IMG/VR virus record: IMGVR_UViG_2711768066_000009
Coordinates: 1 to 17,462 of that record
Reading direction: 5' to 3' (one strand)
Length of the DNA stretch: 17,462 bases
From: a virus
Taxonomy: Duplodnaviria; Heunggongvirae; Uroviricota; Caudoviricetes
In this document: positions 7,445 through 15,652 of the stretch, in pieces
Layout of the letters: each line of letters opens with the position of its first letter
How positions within the stretch are numbered: position 1 is the stretch's first letter
Program-made: the position numbers and the translations under genes
The notes under the pieces: generated by a model
Told to the model about the DNA's origin: nothing
Database searches by the model: none
Seen by the model: only the letters and a program-made list of their open reading frames with translations

Positions 7445-8277
7445 ACAGTTTAACGGCAAATAACCGTTTGTCGCAACAGCTGGTGGTCAGTGTCGCTGAA
7501 CACCTGTTGTTACGGCATGAATGCAGATTACCAAATCACCTGGCTGTAAGTAACCACAGAGAACTTTACCTGACTGTGGGGGGCGAGTTGTGCAGGAACT
7601 TAACCGCTGGTTTCGTGACGGAAGAGGACTTTATGTTCATGTTATTCGTTGGGAGCCAGAAACACAGCGCGTTATCTATCTTCGCAAAGACTACCCGCAT
7701 GAGTGCTTTAGTCCTTTGTGGAAATTCAGGCGTGATTTTGTTGAGTGTGAAGGACCACCAGCACATTGATTCTGCCATTCCGGGACGTTACACTGTTCAG
7801 GCACCTTATAAAGCGGGTGTCGGGATTGGCGTCCTGGAATTCAATATAGAGCATAACCGCGCTCATGCGGTTTTTTCGTATCATGAGCATTGCTACGTCC
7901 AAATTATGGTGGGGCGTGCAGGGGCATCGCAAGATGCGCCGGGTTCTATGTTGACCGGTTACGCCAACCCTGTACGTCTCACCACCTCTGTGATTGGCGT
8001 CCCATGTGGTGAGTTCTTTGAATTCAACATAGGGGCTGTCACCATGACTACTCTCCCAACCCTCGCTCGTCTGAATGATGAAGACTTACATAAACTCAGT
8101 TATGTAACAACTGCACTACGTGCTCTGCGCAAGGTAACTCTTTCGGATCCGCAGGCGCATCAGGTTCTGGTAGAAACACTTCTTAACTTGCAGGCTGAAC
8201 GTATTCGTTTGGCGGATAAGGCTAATTTTCATATTCACCGTCTCCTGAATATCAGCGGAGGGCATCGTCATGCTTAA
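7441..8277 (+). CDS. hypothetical protein (278 aa), unknown function
   Basis: Sole long ORF in this interval; ATGA overlap with the upstream gene, and its stop overlaps the ATG of the next ORF; no recognisable motifs. Confidence 0.6.
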   Translation: MNSLTANNRLSQQLVVSVAEHLLLRHECRLPNHLAVSNHRELYLTVGGELCRNLTAGFVTEEDFMFMLFVGSQKHSALSIFAKTTRMSALVLCGNSGVILLSVKDHQHIDSAIPGRYTVQAPYKAGVGIGVLEFNIEHNRAHAVFSYHEHCYVQIMVGRAGASQDAPGSMLTGYANPVRLTTSVIGVPCGEFFEFNIGAVTMTTLPTLARLNDEDLHKLSYVTTALRALRKVTLSDPQAHQVLVETLLNLQAERIRLADKANFHIHRLLNISGGHRHA

Positions 8278-8506
8278 TCCGTTGATCCTCAATATTTGCC
8301 GTTTGCTTCAGCGTAAAAAAACATCAATTCCTACAGTTGGGCAGTGGTACACCACGCCTGCAGGGCATGTTCTACGTGTTAGCCTGGTTGACCGTGAATG
8401 TCAGAAGGTGATTTGTGAACCGCTGGGCCGTAATTACCGCGTCAGTATGCCGCTTATAACCTTTCGCTCCGGAAAAAACATGAAGCATCTCGGAGGTGCA
8501 GCATGA
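8270..8506 (+). CDS. hypothetical small protein (78 aa)
   Basis: ORF overlapping both neighbours (coupled translation); no family recognised. Confidence 0.45.
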   Translation: MLNPLILNICRLLQRKKTSIPTVGQWYTTPAGHVLRVSLVDRECQKVICEPLGRNYRVSMPLITFRSGKNMKHLGGAA

Positions 8507-9321
8507 GTATGGAGCTAATGGTTAAAGCGATGAAAATTCGAGTGGGAAATCCATTGCGAAAACTGGTTCTGATTAAGCTGGCTGATAATGCCAGCGATCA
8601 GGGTGAGTGCTGGCCCAGCTACCAGCATATTGCTGACCAGTGCGAGATTAGCAAACGTTCTGTGATGAATCATATTGCGGCCCTTTGTGAGTCCGGGCTG
8701 GTAAAAAAAGTCACCCGGAAAGGTGAAAAAGGTAACTCAAGTAATATCTATCTCCTTCATCTGGATGGTGCAGGAGATTCACTAGGGGGTAGTGCAAATA
8801 ATTCACTATCTGGTGCAGCAAATTCACCAGGTAGTGCAGGAGTTGCACCAGGGGGTAGTGCAGGAGATTCACCCAGAACCAGTCACTCTTTTGAACCAGT
8901 CAAAGAACCAGTCAATGAACCAATAGCTGTTGGTGCATCTGCTGATGAGTCTGTGCGAGTTCGTTCAAACCGACCGGAATACTCTCCGGAGTTTGAGCAG
9001 GCATGGCTGGCATATCCCAAACGTGCTGGTGGCAATTCAAAATCTGCAGCCTTCAAAGCCTGGAAAGCCCGTTTGAATGAGGGGGTAAACCCCGAAACCA
9101 TGCTGGAAGGTGTGAAACGCTACGCGGGCTGGGTATCTGCGATGGGTAACAGCGGCACACAATTTGTGAAACAGGCTGTCACGTTCTTTGGTCCGGATCG
9201 TCATTTCGAAGAATCCTGGGAAGTTCCTGCGGTATCTGCAGCTAGACGTGAGGACCCGTACTTCAAAGCCAGTTACGACAACGTGGACTACAGCCAGATC
9301 CCGGCAGGATTCAGGGGGTGA
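8503..9321 (+). CDS. phage replication initiation/replisome-organiser protein (N-terminal HTH, conserved phage C-terminal domain)
   Basis: N-terminal HTH typical of phage replication proteins (LVLIKLADNASDQGECWPSYQHIADQCEISKRSVMNHIAAL). C-terminal motif EFEQAWLAYPKRAGG...KAWKA resembles the conserved phage replication C-terminal domain. Central low-complexity Gly/Ser/Ala linker coincides with DNA iterons. Confidence 0.65.
   Translation: MSMELMVKAMKIRVGNPLRKLVLIKLADNASDQGECWPSYQHIADQCEISKRSVMNHIAALCESGLVKKVTRKGEKGNSSNIYLLHLDGAGDSLGGSANNSLSGAANSPGSAGVAPGGSAGDSPRTSHSFEPVKEPVNEPIAVGASADESVRVRSNRPEYSPEFEQAWLAYPKRAGGNSKSAAFKAWKARLNEGVNPETMLEGVKRYAGWVSAMGNSGTQFVKQAVTFFGPDRHFEESWEVPAVSAARREDPYFKASYDNVDYSQIPAGFRG
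8767..8923. repeat. iteron-like direct repeats inside the replication gene (candidate origin)
   Basis: GTGCA-containing units recur at about 21-25 bp spacing (cores near 8768, 8792, 8813, 8834, 8859), including near-identical GGTAGTGCAGGAG(A)TT copies; followed by GAACCAGTCAA twice (8893-8903, 8905-8915). Confidence 0.45.
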
Positions 9322-9415
9322 TCATGAGTCTGTTAAATGACGTTCAGAAATTCATTGAAGCCCATCCGGGCTGTACTTCCGGAGACATTGCGGATGCTTT
9401 TTACGTGGGGGCTTA

Positions 9416-10069
9416 ATGAGTAATAAATATTGCCAGGCGCTGGTAGAACTGCGGAACAAACCAGCCCATGAACTGAAGGAAGTGGGCGATCAGTGGCGCA
9501 CGCCGGACAACATTTTCTGGGGAATTAACACTCTGTTTGGCCCGTTTGTTCTGGATCTGTTTACTGACGGTGATAACGCCAAATGTGCCGCGTATTACAC
9601 GGCGGAAGATAACGCGCTGGCGCATGACTGGTCAGAACGTCTTGCGGAGCTTAAAGGTGCTGCCTTTGGTAATCCCCCATACAGCCGCGCCAGTCAGCAT
9701 GAGGGGCAATACATCACCGGCATGCGTTACATCATGAAACATGCCAGTGCCATGCGTGATAAGGGCGGGCGCTATGTTTTCCTGATCAAAGCTGCCACCA
9801 GCGAAGTGTGGTGGCCGGAAGATGCGGACCATATTGCTTTTATTCGCGGGCGTATTGGTTTTGAACTGCCTGCCTGGTTTATCCCGAAGGATGAGAAGCA
9901 GGTGCCGACAGGCGCTTTCTTCGCTGGTGCTATTGCTGTTTTCGACAAGACCTGGAAGGGACCGGCAATCAGCTACATCGGGCGCGATGAACTTGAGGCA
10001 TGTGGTGAGGCCTTTCTGGCGCAGGTTCGCCAGCAGGCAGAAAAACTGGTCAGGGAGATGGCGGCATGA
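9416..10069 (+). CDS. phage Dam-like DNA N6-adenine methyltransferase
   Basis: 217-aa ORF with NPPY catalytic motif (FGNPPYSRA); size and layout typical of phage Dam-family methyltransferases; ATGA-coupled to downstream gene. Confidence 0.8.
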   Translation: MSNKYCQALVELRNKPAHELKEVGDQWRTPDNIFWGINTLFGPFVLDLFTDGDNAKCAAYYTAEDNALAHDWSERLAELKGAAFGNPPYSRASQHEGQYITGMRYIMKHASAMRDKGGRYVFLIKAATSEVWWPEDADHIAFIRGRIGFELPAWFIPKDEKQVPTGAFFAGAIAVFDKTWKGPAISYIGRDELEACGEAFLAQVRQQAEKLVREMAA

Positions 10070-10392
10070 CGACGTTAACTCAATGCCAGCAGCAGGTGCT
10101 GGATATGCTGATTTCTTACCAGAAAGAACGTGGCTTCCCGCCAACCAATCAGGAGGTGGCAACCATGCTGGGATACCGTTCGGTGAATGCAGCGGTGGAG
10201 CATCTTCGCGCACTGGAGAAAAAAGGCGTCATCACGATAAAGCGTGGCGTGGCCCGGGGGATAACGCTTCATACCGCGATGAAGGACGACGACAGCGAGG
10301 CGGTCGGGATTATCCGCTCACTGCTTGCCGGTGAGGAAAACGCCAGGCTGCGTGCAGCCCACTGGTTACATGAGAGGGGCCTGAAAGTATGA
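10066..10392 (+). CDS. LexA DNA-binding-domain-like protein lacking the S24 peptidase domain
   Basis: 108 aa; residues 1-70 align convincingly with the E. coli LexA N-terminal winged-helix domain (QQQVLDMLISYQKERGFPPTNQEVATMLGYRSVNAAVEHLRALEKKGVI vs LexA [50 protein letters not shown]); no cleavage/peptidase region. Confidence 0.75.
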   Translation: MTTLTQCQQQVLDMLISYQKERGFPPTNQEVATMLGYRSVNAAVEHLRALEKKGVITIKRGVARGITLHTAMKDDDSEAVGIIRSLLAGEENARLRAAHWLHERGLKV

Positions 10393-10778
10393 AGCTGATC
10401 CTGCCTTTTCCGCCCAGCGTGAACACGTACTGGCGACACCCCAACAAAGGGGCGTTTGCTGGTAAGAGCCTGATAAGCGCGGCGGGGCGAAAATTCCAGA
10501 GCGCGGCGTGCGCTGCAATAGTTGAGCAGTTACGTCGTCTGCCGAAACCAACGTCGGCACCTGCTTCAGTGGAGATCGTGTTGTTTCCTCCGGATAACCG
10601 GATCCGCGATCTGGACAACTATAACAAGGCGCTGTTTGATGCCCTGACCCACGCGGGTGTGTGGGAAGACGACAGCCAGGTGAAAAGAATGCTGGTGGAG
10701 TGGGGACCGGTTATCCCGGAAGGGAAGGTCGAGATCACTATCAGTAAGTACGAGAAAACGGCGGGTGCAGCCGCCTGA
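10389..10778 (+). CDS. rusA: RusA-family Holliday junction resolvase
   Basis: 129 aa; N-terminal LPFPPSVNTYWRH and central DLDNYNKALFDALT match RusA catalytic-core motifs. Confidence 0.85.
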   Translation: MKLILPFPPSVNTYWRHPNKGAFAGKSLISAAGRKFQSAACAAIVEQLRRLPKPTSAPASVEIVLFPPDNRIRDLDNYNKALFDALTHAGVWEDDSQVKRMLVEWGPVIPEGKVEITISKYEKTAGAAA

Positions 10779-10797
10779 TTAAGAGGAGAAACGAAGT

Positions 10798-11607
10798 ATG
10801 AATAATCTGATGGTCATTGATGGTATTGAAGTTCGTCGTGATGCTTATGGTCGTTACAGCCTGAACGATCTGCATCGCGCAGCAGTAGCATCTGGTGCAA
10901 ATGCCAGAACCAAGGAGCCAGGAAAGTTTATTTCCAGCCAACAAACTGTTGAGCTTGTTCATGAATTGACCAACACCCAGAATTTGGGTGTTGACCCGGT
11001 GAGTGTGATACATGGGGGAAATGAACGGGGATCGTATGTCTGCAAGGAACTGGTGTATGCCTATGCAATGTGGATCAGCCCGTCATTCCATCTGAAGGTG
11101 ATCCGTACTTTCGATATGGTAACCAGCGCACCGGAAAAATTATCCGGACAGGCTGCTGACAAGATGCAGGCTGGCGTGATCCTGCTGGACTTTATGCGCC
11201 GGGAGTTAAACCTGTCTAACTCTTCAGTGCTTGGTGCCTGTCAGAAACTCCAGGAGGCTGTTGGCTTACCGAATCTGGCACCGCGCTATGCCATTGATGC
11301 TCCTGCTGATGCACACGATGGCTCAAGTCGCCCGACACTGTCACTGAGCGCACTGCTGAAACAGTATGGTATACGCCTGACGGCTAATCAGGCATATCAC
11401 CAGATGGTGAAACTGGGGATCGTCGAGCAGCGCGAACGATACAGCCGTACCGCGATTAACAACATCAAAAAATTCTGGTCGCTGACAGCGAAAGGTTGCA
11501 TGTTCGGCAAGAACATCACCAGTCCCGCAAATCCGCGCGAGACGCAGCCGCATTTCTTCGAATCCCGATTCCCTGAGCTGTTAAAGCTGCTCGATACCGT
11601 TCATTGA
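10798..11607 (+). CDS. KilA-N domain protein (antirepressor-like)
   Basis: 269 aa with strong RBS AAGAGGAG; N-terminal region (IDGIEVRRDAYGRYSLNDLHRAA...) characteristic of the KilA-N DNA-binding domain. Confidence 0.7.
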   Translation: MNNLMVIDGIEVRRDAYGRYSLNDLHRAAVASGANARTKEPGKFISSQQTVELVHELTNTQNLGVDPVSVIHGGNERGSYVCKELVYAYAMWISPSFHLKVIRTFDMVTSAPEKLSGQAADKMQAGVILLDFMRRELNLSNSSVLGACQKLQEAVGLPNLAPRYAIDAPADAHDGSSRPTLSLSALLKQYGIRLTANQAYHQMVKLGIVEQRERYSRTAINNIKKFWSLTAKGCMFGKNITSPANPRETQPHFFESRFPELLKLLDTVH

Positions 11608-11608
11608 G

Positions 11609-12604
11609 GTGACCGTGAGAGCACTACTGACCCCTGAAATTGCCCCGCGTATGGGGATCGTATTGTTCAGGCCAGGTTCAGAGCTGATGCCCCTGTTTAT
11701 GCAGGGGCGTGTCCTGCTGGAGCCTGAGCCGGAGCGTTATTCATCTTTCGCCAGTGGTGCCGTTCCGGCGGCATCACAACCGCTGGCGGATGATCCTGCC
11801 GTTCGGGCCGTGTTCCGCAATGAGGCAGTGATCCGTCGTGCTGGTGGCGTGGAATGTCTTGAAAGCTGGTTACTTCGTGAAAAAGGCTGCCAGTGGCCTC
11901 ATTCCGACTGGCACAGCGAGAACATGACCACAATGCGACACGCTCCGGGTGCAATCCGTCTGTGCTGGCACTGCGATAACCAGCTGCGCGATCAGTTCAC
12001 GGAACGGCTGGAATCAATGGCAACGGATAACTGTGCCCGCTGGGTGTTGTCTGTTGTGCGTCGGGATCTCGGTTTTGATGACAGTCACGTTGTGACAATG
12101 CCGGAACTGTGCTGGTGGCTGATTCGTAATGATCTGGCGGATGCCTTACCGGAAAGTGCAGCCCGTAAGGCACTGAGATTACCGAAGCCTGTTGTGCCGT
12201 CTGTTACCCGGGAAAGTGACCTTGTGCCTTCGGTTCCTGCCACCAGCATCATTCAGGATAAGGCGAAAAAGGTGCTGGCGCTGAAAGTGGATCCGGAGTC
12301 GCCGGAGTCTTTTATGTTACGCCCAAAACGTCGCCGCTGGGTTAATGAAAAGTACACGCGCTGGGTTAAGACACAGCCGTGTGCATGTTGTGGAAAGCCC
12401 GCTGATGATCCCCACCACCTGATAGGTCACGGTCAGGGTGGAATGGGAACAAAAGCGCATGACCTTTTTGTGTTGCCTTTGTGCAGAAAGCATCACGACG
12501 AGCTGCATGCGGATACCGTGGCATTTGAAGAGAAGTATGGCTCCCAGCTGGAGCTGATATTTCGTTTTATCGATCGTGCGCTGGCAATTGGCGTGCTGGC
12601 CTGA
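11609..12604 (+). CDS. DUF968-family protein with Cys/His-rich C-terminal putative His-Me finger nuclease motif
   Basis: 331 aa (GTG start); C-terminal CACCGKPADDPHHLIGHGQGG...CRKHHDELH typical of DUF968 proteins in lambdoid NinR-type regions. Confidence 0.7.
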   Translation: MTVRALLTPEIAPRMGIVLFRPGSELMPLFMQGRVLLEPEPERYSSFASGAVPAASQPLADDPAVRAVFRNEAVIRRAGGVECLESWLLREKGCQWPHSDWHSENMTTMRHAPGAIRLCWHCDNQLRDQFTERLESMATDNCARWVLSVVRRDLGFDDSHVVTMPELCWWLIRNDLADALPESAARKALRLPKPVVPSVTRESDLVPSVPATSIIQDKAKKVLALKVDPESPESFMLRPKRRRWVNEKYTRWVKTQPCACCGKPADDPHHLIGHGQGGMGTKAHDLFVLPLCRKHHDELHADTVAFEEKYGSQLELIFRFIDRALAIGVLA

Positions 12605-12621
12605 TTTTGTGGAGAAAGTTG

Positions 12622-12993
12622 ATGCGTGATATTCAAATGGTTCTTGAACGTTGGGGGGCATGGGTGGCAAATAATCACGAGGATGTGGAATGGTCATCTG
12701 TTGCTGCAGGTTTTAAGGGATTAATTCCTTCGAAAGTAAAATCCCGCCCGCAATGTAGCGATGACGATGGCCTGATCATTAGCTCTGCGATGACAGTTCT
12801 TAAGAAAAAGGAACCGTATCAATACGAATTACTGGAAATGTATTATGTGTATGGGGTTACATTACGGGCGTTGGGGGTAAAACTGGGGATATCACTTAAT
12901 CAGGTTGTTATCAGACTGCAGAAAGCTGAAGGGTTTATTGACGGTTGTCTGGCAATGTTGGGGGTATCTTTAGAAATTGATTGTTACATATAG
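12622..12993 (+). CDS. Q: Q-like late-gene antiterminator
   Basis: Start at ATG 12622 (GGAG upstream; MRDIQMVLERWGAWVANNHEDV...); resembles phage-21/82-type Q (QuuD-like) proteins as I recall; positioned just before the late region. Confidence 0.75.
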   Translation: MRDIQMVLERWGAWVANNHEDVEWSSVAAGFKGLIPSKVKSRPQCSDDDGLIISSAMTVLKKKEPYQYELLEMYYVYGVTLRALGVKLGISLNQVVIRLQKAEGFIDGCLAMLGVSLEIDCYI

Positions 12994-13030
12994 TAATAAA
13001 TTCAATCAAAGTAAATAATCATATTTTATT

Positions 13031-13067
13031 ATAACCTCCTGATGATACCTGTTCATCGGGAGGTTAT
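13031..13067 (+). promoter_or_regulatory. 15-bp stem-loop sequestering the ribosome-binding site of the downstream moron gene
   Basis: ATAACCTCCTGATGA (13031-13045) pairs with TCATCGGGAGGTTAT (13053-13067), one G-U pair, 7-nt loop; the 3' arm contains GGGAGG and ends 1 nt before the ATG at 13069. Confidence 0.5.
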
Positions 13068-13068
13068 T

Positions 13069-13686
13069 ATGGATAAAAATGTAGAGCATGTATTAGTTGA
13101 TGCAATTGAAAATAAGCAATCTTTAACAGTCGTTTACTTAGGAGGGAGCCAGCCCGGAACATTAAGGAATATTTCTCCGATTAGTATAAATGGGGATAAA
13201 TTGCGGGCAAGATGCCATAGTTCTGGAGCAGTAAAGGTTTTCAATCTTGGGAAAATACAGTTACCCAGTGACTCCTGCGCGGTATCTATGCACTATGGAG
13301 ATTTAGAAGTTAAAGCTTATGAGACGATGCAGAGCGTAAATGACAACTTTCATGCCCTTTATCCTGAAGGACGATGGGGTGTTGATTTTAATGAGCATCG
13401 CTTTGCTTTATTTGATTTTTTTAAAAACGGGAAACGAAAAAAAACGGCATTTATGGCAATTGAGTTCAGGGAAAGAGATGAAGAGAAAATAATAACAGGT
13501 GTAACAATTGATATTGGTATATCTGGAACAGTGATTTCTGAGAAGTCCCGAATCCCAAAAAGACGACCATGGGTAGTGGTTGGTCCCGAACACGGAGAAT
13601 ACAGTACTTATTCAACTTTGGACAAGGCTGCTACAGCGTTTTTTGAGAGGCTTTCGTTGATAGCATCCGGCCTGGAAGATAATTGA
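13069..13686 (+). CDS. hypothetical moron protein (205 aa), possible N-terminal WYL-like beta-barrel; function unknown
   Basis: Start at ATG 13069 behind GGGAGG; strongly AT-rich coding sequence unlike the flanking phage backbone; N-terminal segment SLTVVYLGGSQPGTLRNISPISINGDKLRARCHSSGAVKVFNLGKIQ loosely resembles a WYL-type domain (low confidence). Confidence 0.55.
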   Translation: MDKNVEHVLVDAIENKQSLTVVYLGGSQPGTLRNISPISINGDKLRARCHSSGAVKVFNLGKIQLPSDSCAVSMHYGDLEVKAYETMQSVNDNFHALYPEGRWGVDFNEHRFALFDFFKNGKRKKTAFMAIEFRERDEEKIITGVTIDIGISGTVISEKSRIPKRRPWVVVGPEHGEYSTYSTLDKAATAFFERLSLIASGLEDN

Positions 13687-13816
13687 TTTTATGTTTGGTA
13701 TTCAGAGTTCGCCGTGCTTAAGAAAGTCAAGATTCTAAAAATACTGAATGAGCTACTTGTGTTATAACAAAAATGCTATTAGTGTGTTAAGAGTGGTTAC
13801 TTCGCCACACAACTTA

Positions 13817-13842
13817 AACCCGCCACTGAGCGGGTTTTTTGT
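13817..13842 (+). terminator. rho-independent terminator downstream of the moron
   Basis: AACCCGC-CACTGA-GCGGGTT stem followed by TTTTTT. Confidence 0.7.
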
Positions 13843-13938
13843 ACCTGTAAACTTGGTGCAGTACAGTAAACACGCTGGTGGTCGTGAATACTGACTTTTT
13901 ATCTTGCTGGCTTTTTAGACAAGAGTTATTGGTATGTC

Positions 13939-14166
13939 ATGTTAACAAGAAGGGAAAAAGACATGCTAAAACAGCAAGATATGACAGAAACCGCCGCCGC
14001 AGTCCTTCATTTCTTACCTGCTGACAAGTGGGTAACGCCACGCATGATGACGAGAACTACCGGAGTAAGCGAAGCCCAGTGCCAGTTAATACTGACTCAG
14101 TTAGTTCTGGCGGGTCTGGCGAAGGATAACGGCGGGTACGGGAATAAATTCAGACGCTGCCAGTAA
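13939..14166 (+). CDS. small hypothetical protein, possible winged-HTH
   Basis: 75-aa ORF; segment VTPRMMTRTTGVSEAQCQLILTQLVLAGLA looks HTH-like; start uncertain (in-frame ATGs at 13939 and downstream). Confidence 0.4.
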   Translation: MLTRREKDMLKQQDMTETAAAVLHFLPADKWVTPRMMTRTTGVSEAQCQLILTQLVLAGLAKDNGGYGNKFRRCQ

Positions 14167-14316
14167 TGGCGGTTTCCTGCTGTGAAAATGGGCGGCTGGT
14201 GGGTGTTGGTAGCACCTGCCAGCCATTCGCTCATGCTTACTGGTCACAAGCGAACCACGGCCCACTGCTTTAGCGCAAAAGCAGAGTGAGCCTACCAGAG
14301 TTACGCTTACTGATCC

Positions 14317-15369
14317 ATGAAAAATACTGTAAAAATAAACAGTGTTGATTTAATCAACGCTGATTGCCTGCATTTTATTCAGTCCCTGCCTGATAACTCC
14401 ATTGATCTGATTGTTACCGATCCGCCGTACTTCAAAGTGAAGCCCAACGGCTGGGACAATCAGTGGAAAGGGGACGAAGATTACCTGAAGTGGCTGGACC
14501 ACTGTCTGGCCCAGTTCTGGCGGGTACTGAAACCAGCCGGAAGCCTTTACCTGTTCTGTGGGCATCGCCTGGCATCTGATATTGAGATCATGATGCGTGA
14601 ACGTTTCAACGTGCTTAACCATATCATCTGGGCGAAGCCGTCCGGACGTTGGAATGGGTGTAATAAAGAAAGTCTGCGTGCATATTTTCCTGCCACAGAG
14701 CGCGTTCTGTTTGCTGAACATTACCAGGGGCCATATCGCGGCAAAAGTGACGGCTATGCGGCAAAAGAAAGGGAACTCAAACAGCACATAATGGCACCGC
14801 TGATATCGTATTTCAGGGATGCTCGTGCCGAACTGGGTATAACGGCAAAACAAATTGCCGAAGCCACAGGTAAGAAAAATATGGTTTCCCACTGGTTTGG
14901 TGCCAGTCAGTGGCAGTTGCCGAATGAGGCTGACTATCGGAAGTTACAGGCACTGTTTTCCCGTATAGCGGCAGAGAAGTTTCAGGAACAACAACTGGAA
15001 CAACCACACCACCAGCTGGTGGCATCTTATGATTCACTGAATCGTAAATATTCTGAATTGCTGGATGAGTTTAAATCTCTCCGGCGCTATTTCTCCGTAT
15101 CAGTCTCCGTGCCTTATACCGATGTCTGGATGCATAAACCCGTTCAGTTCTACCCGGGGAAACATCCGTGTGAGAAACCGGCGGATATGCTCAGGCAAAT
15201 AATCAATGCCAGTAGTCGACCAGGTGATCTGGTTGCTGATTTTTTTATGGGATCCGGTTCCACAATAAAAGCAGCAATGGCGCTGGGGCGTCGGGCCTTA
15301 GGTGTTGAGCTTGAGTCAGAGCGGTTTAATCAGACAGTGAAAGAGATAAACGAGCTGGTGGGGAAATAA
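14317..15369 (+). CDS. DNA methyltransferase, beta-class amino-MTase (N6-adenine or N4-cytosine)
   Basis: 350 aa; DPPY motif near the N-terminus (LIVTDPPYF) and AdoMet-binding motif near the C-terminus ([13 protein letters not shown]); this motif order is typical of beta-class MTases. No adjacent restriction endonuclease gene. Confidence 0.8.
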
Positions 15370-15436
15370 TCTGGTGGCCACGTCAGGTGGCCTTTTTATT
15401 TCCATTACACAGCACCCGCATCTGCGAGGTGGGGTT

Positions 15437-15652
15437 ATGAAATCCATGGATAAGTTAACAACGGGTGTCGCCTATGGCACCTCAGCAGGTAGTGCCGGTT
15501 ACTGGTTTTTACAGCTGCTCGATAAAGTCACGCCCTCACAGTGGGCAGCAATAGGTGTGCTGGGTAGCCTGGTATTTGGCCTGCTGACGTACCTGACAAA
15601 CCTTTATTTCAAGATTAAAGAAGATAAGCGCAAGGCTGCGAGAGGTGAATAA
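15437..15652 (+). CDS. S: class II holin (phage 21 S21-type pinholin) with dual-start motif
   Basis: MKSMDKL... gives two in-frame starts (ATG 15437 and ATG 15446), as for S21 antiholin/holin; the remainder closely matches S21 as I remember it. Confidence 0.85.

Noticed and set aside
9632-10334. Long antisense or alternate-frame ORFs 9632..10213 (-) and 9822..10334 (+, Arg-rich)
   Set aside because: They overlap the well-supported Dam-like MTase and LexA-like genes; their Arg/Pro-rich composition is typical of off-frame translation of GC-rich coding DNA.
13845-13866. CTGT...ACAG motif resembling an SOS (LexA) box downstream of the moron terminator
   Set aside because: Spacing between CTGT and ACAG is 14 nt, not the 8 nt of the LexA consensus; not called as an SOS box.
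14350-15037. Minus-strand ORFs 14350..14892 (180 aa) and 14813..15037 (74 aa)
   Set aside because: Antisense to the methyltransferase gene, which has both DPPY and FxGxG motifs in the plus frame; no independent support.
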